This document shows positions 49,201-57,800 of a DNA stretch of 64,000 nucleotides, one piece after another (within the stretch, counting starts at the first letter, position 1; each line of letters begins with the position of its first letter). Source of the DNA: Macrostomum hystrix (taxonomy: Eukaryota > Animalia > Platyhelminthes); assembly GCA_950097015.1 (NCBI GenBank), contig CATNEN010000038.1:16182001-16246000 (forward strand). The letters run 5' to 3'. Both the position numbers and the translations under genes were made by a program. Under the pieces are notes generated by a model that had not been told where the DNA came from, searched no databases, and saw only the letters and a program-made list of their open reading frames with translations.

Positions 49201-50571
49201 GCTATCCATTCTATTCTTTCATCTATGGGAATAGATTAGCAATCCTTTCTATTCTTTAATCTATGGGCTTGCATTTCACGCGGTGGTTCAGGTGACCTGG
49301 CCCGGCCAGTCGCAGCCGCTGATTTTTGGCATCGGCCCGAAGAACCGTACGCTGCTTCAACAGCGTGAAGTCGGCCGCGGTAACGCTGCCAGAGCGCTGG
49401 CTTCGGCTGGCGGAGAAGTTGTCGTCAGGGGCGTCGGCAACGGCGGTGTTGCCATGGTTACCATAGCCTACGCCTATAATGTGAGAGACGCTCCGCTGGG
49501 CTGGATCAGCCCCGACTGGTTTACGTCGGGAGGCGTCGGTCTGCGGCTCTCCGATAGGCCAGGCGAGCTTGGCGGCATCTTGGCCGACTCCGCCGACTCC
49601 GGCGTCGTGGAAGTCGCCGTCTGCGCGCGGGCCAGCAACGGCCCAGGCATGTACATTGTGTCGCTGAGTCAGCCAAGCGGATTCGTGGTGGACGCCCACA
49701 CTCCGATACGCGGACCGGTTGCCAGGGTGGAGACAGAATCCGATGAGGTGGTGTTCTACCTGAGCGAGGTTTGTGCGCCGGTCCTAAAGTACATGGTCTA
49801 TTTGTTAATCATTACTCTCTATGTTCTATGCTCTATGCACGAGGTCTGTGGGCATTGGCAGATCATTTCGTGGCAGTAGACCCGCTACCATTGTGGAGAC
49901 AATTCTGCTCGTTCCTTAGCATACAGGGTGTGTACATCTGCCCTTGTACATCTGCCCTTGTACAACTACCCTTGTACATCTGCCCTTGTACATCTGCCCT
50001 TGTACATCTACCCTTGTACATCTGCCCTTGTACATCTACCCTTGTTCAACTAACCTTGTATATCTACCCTTGTACATCTGCCCTTGTACATCTGCCTAGG
50101 TTTGATCCTCGAGGGCGTAAATTGCACGACAAGCCTCCAAGCCTTCTCTGCGCGGCTGCGAACATGGCCGCGGAATCGAGCCCAGGGACCCCCTCCCTAT
50201 AGGTGTCAATTTCTATAATGTTCAATCTATAGTGAATTTGTGCTAAATTTCCAGTTAACATCGGAGGTCTGCTTGTCGGTTCGCTGGTTGCGCGAGATTC
50301 CTGTTCTAGATTTGAGTGCGCAGCGAATCACTGTGCAGAATTACTATCAGCCAGGTGAGTATATGATTATGTGTTTATTGGACCTCAATATGAATAATCT
50401 GGAAGGACTGTGTCACAAGCCTTAGAAGGTCTAATAATCCGTTGATTTCATGATTTTTCAGACCAATCAATAAGCCTGTTTCACCTGCATCACAAGCTGA
50501 AGAATCTGACGGAGTGTCAGGTCTGTGCTGACTGCCCGCATTGCCGAAAGACACATAACGACGAACTCTGA
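25259..50571 (+). CDS. Thioester-containing protein, CD109/iTEP-type (alpha-2-macroglobulin superfamily), ~1531 aa; exons 25259-25377, 26314-26504, 30453-30679, 36736-36920, 37457-37815, 38312-38424, 39467-39667, 40308-40475, 41554-41769, 42410-42673, 43109-43338, 43432-43528, 44374-44895, 45272-45474, 45875-46160, 46652-46870, 47797-48105, 49292-49768, 50255-50354, 50462-50571
   Basis: Signal peptide [17 protein letters not shown]; [13 protein letters not shown]; [13 protein letters not shown]; YVLPK; [11 protein letters not shown]; LPDTITSW; PYGCGEQNM thioester (GCGEQ at 45335-45349); [15 protein letters not shown]; RVIHAEMQG with catalytic His; GGFHSTQDT; YYQP; terminal CxxCxxCxxC. All junctions are phase-consistent (4596 nt). 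The exon 2-3 junction is the least certain. Confidence 0.9.
25450..26240. repeat. 15-bp minisatellite (CTCACTGTCCCATCT), TEP intron 1
   Basis: Tandem units; source of the SLTVP/LSHLS ORFs. Confidence 0.92.
26983..27202 (-). mobile_element. tRNA-derived SINE-like element, family 1
   Basis: The minus strand reads TAGCCTAGTGGTT (A box)...GGTTCGATTCCC (B box), then a body shared with 14188-14450. Confidence 0.65.
27208..29160. repeat. 16-bp minisatellite (TGTCTTATCTCTGTGC), TEP intron 2
   Basis: About 120 units; produces the spurious 580-603 aa ORFs. Confidence 0.95.
29853..30307. mobile_element. hAT (Buster-type) MITE containing a 16-bp GAGATGAGACACAGGA array
   Basis: TIRs CAGGGGTCGGCA / TGCCGACCCCTG. 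Perfect TSD TTCTAGGC at 29845-29852 and 30308-30315. Internal tandem repeat at ~29935-30215. Confidence 0.9.
30881..32042 (-). mobile_element. 5'-truncated non-LTR retrotransposon (RTE/RTE-X-like RT), frameshifted
   Basis: [31 protein letters not shown] and FVYLGG motifs; (ATT)n tail at 30881-30897. Confidence 0.85.
32046..36304 (-). mobile_element. Penelope-like retroelement (Neptune-type): upstream ORF(s), RT, Cys linker, GIY-YIG endonuclease; frameshifted
   Basis: [70 protein letters not shown] linker, [19 protein letters not shown]. Confidence 0.9.
32117..32158 (-). ncRNA. Minimal type I hammerhead ribozyme in the Penelope 3' UTR
   Basis: Minus strand: AAUACC-CUGACGA-A-GGCCAAA C UUUGGCC-GAAA-UAU-U-GGUA. 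Stem I UACC/GGUA, stem II GGCCAA/UUGGCC, palindromic AAUAUU stem III as in PLE hammerheads. Confidence 0.75.
36305..36619 (-). repeat. ~300-bp direct duplicate of the LINE 5' end (31743-32042) plus (GATA)n
   Basis: GCGCCTTTGAAGCAG...AAAGATGATAGATAGA appears identical on both sides of the Penelope element. Confidence 0.9.
38715..39212. repeat. 25-bp minisatellite (CAGCAGCAGAGACCCAATGTCCCCC)
   Basis: About 20 units in a TEP intron. Confidence 0.92.
39705..40210. repeat. 23-bp minisatellite (GCTGATTCCATGAATCCTTCTGG)
   Basis: About 21 units in a TEP intron. Confidence 0.92.
40645..41535. repeat. 29-bp minisatellite (AAACTGAATTCCCGAAATGGTAATTAACC)
   Basis: About 30 units, ending just before the acceptor at 41553. 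Confidence 0.92.
41800..42400. repeat. 21-bp minisatellite (GATGCCATTTCCATTAGTCCA)
   Basis: Fills intron 41770-42409. Confidence 0.9.
43590..44130. repeat. 16-bp minisatellite (CCGGTGTTATGAAGTT)
   Basis: About 33 units, degenerating 3'. Confidence 0.92.
44945..45150. repeat. 27-bp minisatellite (GGCGGTTTCCTGGGGATTGGTTTTCTA)
   Basis: About 7 units. Confidence 0.85.
45661..45830 (-). mobile_element. SINE family 2, 3' fragment with (ATT)n tail
   Basis: Homologous to 52020-52200 and to the reverse complement of 51115-51313. Confidence 0.8.
46172..46446. repeat. 60-bp minisatellite
   Basis: About 4.5 units of TGTGCTCAAACAGGTCCACACTGCTCAGAGTATCTCTACTGTGTGTATTTCTGTGTTAAA. Confidence 0.92.
46920..47700. 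repeat. ~30-bp minisatellite (TTCCAACAATCTAGGGTGAGATTT...)
   Basis: Degenerate tandem units filling the intron. Confidence 0.85.
48150..49267. repeat. 38-bp minisatellite (TAGATTAGCAATCCATTCTATTCTTTCATCTATGAGAA)
   Basis: About 29 units, ending ~25 bp before the acceptor at 49291. Confidence 0.92.
49930..50097. repeat. 14-bp minisatellite (TGCCCTTGTACATC) expanded inside a SINE family 2 remnant
   Basis: The unit derives from the SINE segment GGTGTGTACATCTGCCCT and is followed by the SINE body CCTCGAGGGCGTAAATTGCACGACAAGC. Confidence 0.8.
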
Positions 50572-50933
50572 AAACTAACCTGTTACGGACTTTTAGACGG
50601 CAAAAGATTACAATATAAAATTTTTATGAACTATATCTGATGTGATTTTTTCTAATCATCATTTTGTATACTTGTTTTTGGTTTAAAGTCATACATCGAA
50701 TGGTGATTAAACGTGATTTTTACATTATTCGTTAACAGTAGGAAGACCACGTGGATGATTTTTTATGTGTCTCCCAAAATATTCAACCAATCGCCATGAA
50801 AGCGCAGAACACGGGCTAAAAACAGAACGCGAGATATTCAAAGATTCTCGTCGTGGTGTCTGGTTGAAAAAAACCACAAATAAAGGCGTAACTTTTCTGC
50901 TCACGAAATATCATAATTGTAACCATGTCAGCT

Positions 50934-51283
50934 GGGGGGTCGGTGGCAGAGCGGTTATCGCGTTCGCCTCTTGCACCAAGGTCCCTGAGTTCGATTCCAC
51001 GGCGAGGCCTCATTTATTTGGGACGCAGTCGCGGAGAGAAGGCTTGGGGCTTGTCGTGCAATTTACGCCCTTGAGGGCCAACCTCCAAGGCACAGTGAGA
51101 GTGTACACTGCCTGATGATGAGAAAGTCAGAGCAGATGTACACACCTGTGTGAGCGTGTGCCTGCGTTCAGCATCTGAGTGCGTGTGTGCTCAGGGGTCA
51201 GCGAAATGGGCAGAACTGCCTCCTCGCTGGCTGCGGGTCTAGTGTTACCAAAATGATGTGCGATTGCCCGCAGCCCTCCTGCA

Positions 51284-51313
<30 letters not shown>
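50934..51313 (+). mobile_element. Full-length tRNA-derived SINE, family 2
   Basis: Head GGGGGTCGGTGGCAGAGCGG (A box)...GAGTTCGATTCC (B box); (ATT)n tail at 51283-51313. Confidence 0.85.
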
Positions 51314-51317
<4 letters not shown>

Positions 51318-51988
51318 ATGTCACCTATCATTGTTAACTATTTCGGAATGATTAAAATGTTACTTTTTCATTTTGAACCCATGTGGATTCGTCATATAGG
51401 TTTACGCAGAGTAATGCGTAGTTATCTTTATCGACAAGAAGACCCTGTGATGCTGGCGTCGAACAGCTTTGTAATGCTGGTGGAATTTCACGAAAATCGG
51501 TCATTCGGTTTGGTAGCTATCGTGAATTAGGCAGTGTGTATTTGAAATATCCCTGTGATCTTTCTACGAGACTGTTAACAGTTGCACAACCCAGAAAATT
51601 TCTCTGCAATTATTTAGCACCTGGAACAGCTCTAATAGCTGTTCATGGGATTTTCTTGTGTACAACCTATAGTTTTATCTTTTGTAATCGGTTAAGTTTT
51701 TATATTCGCTACTAATTTAAATCTCGGTCACAACTTTCAAGGCTATTTGTCATGTTTGAACATATTTTTGCCATTTTAAAAGTCGCAGTAAGAATACCAA
51801 ATTTTATTCCAGTTGCATGTAACTGTAAGTACTTTTTCTGCTTGCAGAATAATAATTATAAAAATGGTTTCTCACTATTTCGTAAGAAAAGTTTGAGCTT
51901 GAATCTCCTGTCTTGATAGTGTAAATTTTAGTCCTTAATCTTGAAGTTTGAGATAATATGCAAGCTTAATTGAACGATCAAACTGTAG

Positions 51989-51992
<4 letters not shown>

Positions 51993-52028
<36 letters not shown>

Positions 52029-52300
52029 TGCAGGAGGGCTGCGGGCAATCGCACATCATTTTGGTGACACTAGACCCGCAGCCAGCGAGGAGGCAATTCT
52101 GCCCATTTCGCTGACTCCTGAGCACACACGCACTCAGATGCTGTACGCAGGCACACTCTCACACAGGTGTGTACATCTGCCCTGACTTTCTCATCGTCAG
52201 GCAGAGTACAATATCACTGGTGGTTGACCCTCAAGGGCGTAAATCGCCGCGGAATCGAGCTCAGGGACCTTGGTGTGAGAGGCAAACTCGTTGACGCTAC
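51993..52300 (-). mobile_element. SINE family 2, inverted copy with an internal deletion
   Basis: (AAT)n at 51993-52028, then the reverse complement of the 50934-51313 body and B box (GGAATCGAGCTC). Confidence 0.85.
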
Positions 52301-52459
52301 TACACTTACGCCCATGATTGGAGGTGGCATAATTAAACTGCAAAACATTGCGAATTCAATTTAACAAAGAAAACATTTTATTTCCAGTTGAATTTTTCAT
52401 ATTTATCTTGATCATAAAAAAATAATTTTTATGAATTCTATACTAGATTCGTTTTAGAA

Positions 52460-53275
52460 GAGAATGTTTTGGAAAACATTACCCGATCGGATGACGTGGA
52501 CGGAGTCGACGCCCAGCTAGCTCAAAGGCCGCGCCAAGGCACACTTTTGCGGCGTTTGTATTTTTTCGGGCGTGCTCAGGCTGTCGCCCATGGCACCAGG
52601 CATCAGAGGACGCCCGCCTTGTCGAGTAGGCCCAGAACAGCAGAATGGTCAGTCAGGGCAGGGCAGTTGATGAGCATGCAGTTGGGCGACAGTCTCCTCC
52701 TATGATACAATTTCCGCACGGACAGTCATCGGCGGCAGTCCAGCAGCATCAGGCTCGAGCACCTCCACTCTGGTGTTGCGCGGACACCCAGTGATGATGT
52801 GCACGTCCAGGTTGTCGACGGGGTTCGTCTCGCTGCCTGGGCCGCTGTGCACCCTCACACAGCACGCGGAATTGCCGCATTTGCGCTGCAGTGTCCGGCT
52901 GCCTATCCAAGTCGTCCATCAGGGTCCAGGTCTCGTCGACGCGTACTGCAGCACGACGGCCGGCAATAGCCGAGTGGCCTGAGCCCGTCCTCCAGAGCCG
53001 GATCGGATTGGAGCACTTCATGAGCGCATACAGATCAAACTGCGACTCAGGCCAATAAATATCGTCATTTCACCAGGTCGTCGGCGACATCCGGCCTGAG
53101 GCCGCGCCGAGGTAACACAATCATGCACTCGCTGTCCTCGGCAGCACCTTGTCAGTTCGCACCTTTAAGATGACCGGCGATGTTGCCGCCTTCTAGGCCA
53201 TCCACCAGATGCTTAGCACCTTCAGCCGTCGATGATAGCGCAAGATCGTCCGCGTTAGCCGAGAATGGAGAGCCA
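52460..53275 (-). mobile_element. Degenerate non-LTR RT fragment related to 30881-32042
   Basis: Minus-strand remnant ..ANADDLALSSTAEGAKHLVDGL.. and a similar downstream region, with many disablements. Confidence 0.6.
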
Positions 53276-54866
53276 TTTAAACTAATTTATTTTTTAATTC
53301 AAAGAGAATGATGAAGAAGAAATAATAAATTAAAGGATGTACAGCTCGTTGCGGCCCTTTTTCTGTGTCTCAAAACTGAGACTACGCCGCGTTAAAATTA
53401 TTCTTAACCGGTATCTGAATTGCACAGATGCAGTAATGTTGCTAATTTCTTACAACCTGTGCGTTTAGACTTGATATTACTAAGGGCAAAACGTGCGCTA
53501 TGGCCCTGTTCGAGCGTACCTCCTTTTGGCGTTTTAGGGGAGTTTCAAGGGGGCAGTTGCAGCCGTACTTAAAGTTACTATCATGCCCTCGATCACCTAT
53601 GGAGGATCCGTTGCAGCATTTTTGGCATCCATAAAGACGATGATTTTTACACCGGGTTTGGCCCTGCAAAGTTTGTAGTTTTCAGAAATGTGGCGTCTAA
53701 TACCAGCTGTTGCAGTTGCTTGTTTATTATAAGTTAGTAGGTTAACCTAGTACTTCAGTTTTATTTTCTTTCGAGGATTAAATTTAACTACGTTGATGCC
53801 CTTGCTAAGATATTGTTTTTGTTATGCATTACCAACAAGTCGCGCGCTTTTAAACACTTAAACAGACTTTGACTGGGCCATCACGTATGTGCACGATTTG
53901 CATTACCTATATAATTCCTAAGTCCATGAAAATCGGCCTAATTATGTATAAGCGATTATAAGATAGACTGATGAGGTCTGCTCTATAGGCTGTACATAGT
54001 AACATATAATTGGTATGTCATATATATCCGAATAACATGCTTATTCGCTGAATTAACCGTCGCCGCCCCTACCATACCTGATACCTGACCCAGTCCTAAA
54101 TCCAATCCAATCCAATCCAAAACCAAACCCAATCCCAAAGTACTAGGCCTACTGACTTACTGTTCTTAGTTGATTTATAAGCTCATAAAATAAATTGATA
54201 CAGTCTTTGCTGATTCAGCAAGATAATTAGGTTTGTAGATAGGCAGCATATGCCATACTGATCTATTAATAGGCCTATGTTATATCTAGGTAGGGCCTAG
54301 CAATTTACATGTGTCTAAGTGCAAAATACTTTATTAACAAATTGTCCAAATGCACTGGTTTTATCTATAGTTTTCTATAATATATAATCCGTACTGATTT
54401 GAGATTCTAGTCTTAGTCAGGCTATCAATGGACTAGAGTTGATAGAATTTTGATTGCCTAATCAATCACACTTATTAGAATAAGTTTTAAGTCCTAGACT
54501 ATGTATCTTATTACATACTTTTTAGTTAAACTTTTACATGTATTCCAATTAACCAACATAAATAAATATAAATTGAAGTACACTTCAGGACATTATAGTT
54601 ATAAGAAGTTTATTTTGTTATTGGTGTGAATATTCTATAGAAAGGTTTTAGGAATACTGACACAGATAGGCCTACATTAAATTTTTCTATAATATAACAA
54701 CTTAATTCATGTTTCAACATCCTAAAATTGTTCTTGGTTATAAAACTGTTACATTTTAATCTTAGGTCAGTTGTCATTCTTGTCAAAGAAGTCAGTCTGC
54801 TATATTTTTTTGTTTTATGTTTTTTTACTTACTATCAAATTTTCAGTAGCCAAACAACTAAACATA

Positions 54867-57800
54867 ATGGCAGACAAGCTTGCTTTCAAGCAAGGTCTAC
54901 GCCATGCATCTCAAGCAATTGTTATTACTAGACAGAACTTGTTTGCTGTCTGTAGGTAAGTGTACTTATGTGCTGTCTACAAGTTGTTTGATAAATGTTT
55001 TACAATTGTTATCATACATTCTTTGCAGTCTTTGTGTCAAAAGTATATTGGACAGAGCCTGCTTTCAAGTTGTTGATGAGTCATCTTTAGATTTACAGAA
55101 CTTTCTCAACATCATTGAGACTATCTTCTTCTTTCAGTTTAAAGGTAGGTAACTGCATTGGTGCATTTATCGCCAAGCTTGGACTGCCTAACAAGCAGCA
55201 TTTTCATTGCAGGAAATATTGATAATAAACGGAACCCCTATTCTGTTTTAAAATATTGTGCTACTAAAAATACTAGTCACCTGTTCCATACCATTGAGAG
55301 TCTGGACAAGCTCAATCACTTCATTGGCAAGGTATGTCTATTCGATCTCTTGAGAGTCAAGTTGTAAAATGTATTATGCAGTATTAAATTAATGCAAACT
55401 TATTTTATAGTTTCGAGCAGCCATTCGACTTGCATTAATGAACAAGTGTCTCTATATTTTACTAGAGACACTTCTGGCCAAGCGATCAGCTTTAGAGTAA
55501 GTAGTTTAGTATTTATTTCAATTTTGTTTATTTTAAAGCATATAAGAAATATTCTATCTTTGTAAAGTCTTATAGTACAGTCATAAAATAATTTGCTAGA
55601 AAGGTAATGCAGGCTGATTGTAATTTTGCTGTCTGTATTCGTAGTGTACTGGTATTTTTATATGCCTATTATTCCAACCCACAGCTACAAACCATGAATT
55701 AAGTACATGTACTATTGTTTAACATATAAAGTTTCTTAGACTCGACCTTCACTCTTGGCACAGCATCTTAATTTATTAATGAATTAATAAGCTGCTCGTG
55801 AATGCTAGTGAAGGTAGATTAAAACTGACGGTAAATCTGCAGTCTGTCTTCGTTGTCTAGCTCTGATTTAAATAGCCTGACTCCGACCTCTGGGACTGCT
55901 ACATCTTACAATAACACGCTTGAAAAATGTTACACAGCCTTCCTTTGCTAATGCAAGACACGTTTATACAATAAGGCAATTGAATAAACAAACAAAGAAG
56001 ATATAAACCCTACTGTCGTCCTAAGCACGGCTGATAAGTGCCAATTTTATTAAACAGCCTTCACTCTTGGCATAGCAATAATTATAATTCTCTAGATGTG
56101 TTGCTTGTGAATGCTAGTGAAGGTAGATTAAAACTGACGGTAAATCTGCAGTCTTTCTTCGTTGTCTAGCTCTGATTTAAAATAGCCTGACTCTGACCTC
56201 TGGGACTGCTACAGACAAACTTCGAGGGGTCTCCAAAACAGTTTTTTTTCATTTTTACAATCTTTTAATTTCCAGCCACTTGCAAGCAGCATCAAAAAGT
56301 GCGTGCCGGTGTGATATATCGCCACTGTATTTTACGCTCGTACAACGCTACTTGTGCGAATGTTTTATAAGCTTAAAAAATAAATAGGGTGTGGGGCGTA
56401 GGGTGTGAAAGTACGGAATCTTTCATATTAAATCCTCCATCACATTCACTGCACGCTTCGCGGTATGTTGTCGAGCGTTGTCGTGATGGTGGATGTATGG
56501 TTTCTCACCTGACCAACGCATGTTCTGTCCATCAGTTTTATGCATCTGCACAGTGGCACCGTAGCAATCGGCGTTGATAGTTTTTCGTTTTTCCGAAAAT
56601 CAATCGAGAGAGCCACTGCTGTCAAAGAGCTTGAGCGTCAGCATAACCTTCTTGGATTTTTGATCCCGGCACGCCTCGACTGGACTATGCAGGGATTCCC
56701 TGAATCCTCAAACTCGGCTCTCTTCCTTGGTTTCTAGATTGAAGAACCATGTCCTGGTCTTGTCTCGACGAATAATAAGTCTGCTGACGTAACCCTAGCC
56801 ACTATTGTTCAAACTTTCAATTGGACATGGGGATCTCCAAGCACTAAGCCTTGAGGTCAGTTGTAAGAAAGCGCGGCACCCAGTGGCCTGAGATCTCATA
56901 AATTCCCAAATCTTATTCAGTACAGAATGTCAGATATCTGGCGCACGGTGACTCAGATATCAGGATTCATCAGAACTTGAATTTGTTGCGTCAGTCTTGT
57001 GAGCCAACGCCGGACAATTTAGTCTTTTCCGGCTATCGTTTCCGTGGAGATCTTAATAAAAATGCTTCGTGATTCGAGCGCAACTCTACTCAGCAGACCA
57101 GAGTGCAAATATTTGGCTAAGCTGACTCTCGATACTCGAAACAGAGCTCATTATGTCACACAAAACTTGCCTCAGATAATCCTGTGCACGGTAATTTGTT
57201 GATTTGGGATTGAGCACTGAGGCAGTGACCAGAAAAGCCACTTGCGTATTGACAATTCGAAACACTGGTACGCACCTATGCACGCACTTTTGGTTACTGC
57301 AAGTAAGTGGTTGGAGATAAAAAACTTGATTCAATTTATACGTGCTTACTAAACTTAAATATTTCATTTGCCTTTATACTTGTGAAGGTTTAGCAAGGCA
57401 TTGTAGAGCTGTTATAGAAATACCGAGAAATTTTTAGACGCTCGAAGATATTAAATCTCTGCATTGAAATCGAAGTACTTCACTCTTGGCACAGCATCTT
57501 AATTTATTAATGAATTAATAAGCTGCTCGTGAATGCTAGTGAAGGTAGATTAAAACTGACGGTAAATCTGCAGTCTGTCTTCGTTGTCTAGCTCTGATTT
57601 AAATAGCCTGACTCCGACCTCTGGGACTGCTACATCTTACAATAACACGCTTGAAAAATGTTAAATAGTCTTCCTTTGCTAATGCAAGACACGTTTATAC
57701 AATAAGGCAATTAAATAAACAAACAAAGAAGATATAAACCCTACTGTCGTCCTAAGCACGGCTGATAAGTGCCAATTTTATTAAACAGCCTTCACTCTTG

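Noticed and set aside
50934-51010. tRNA gene
   Set aside because: A and B boxes are present, but the sequence continues into a repeated SINE body and (ATT)n tail, so it is a SINE head.
53967-54000. CTGATGAG hammerhead-like core
   Set aside because: No stem II followed by GAAA.
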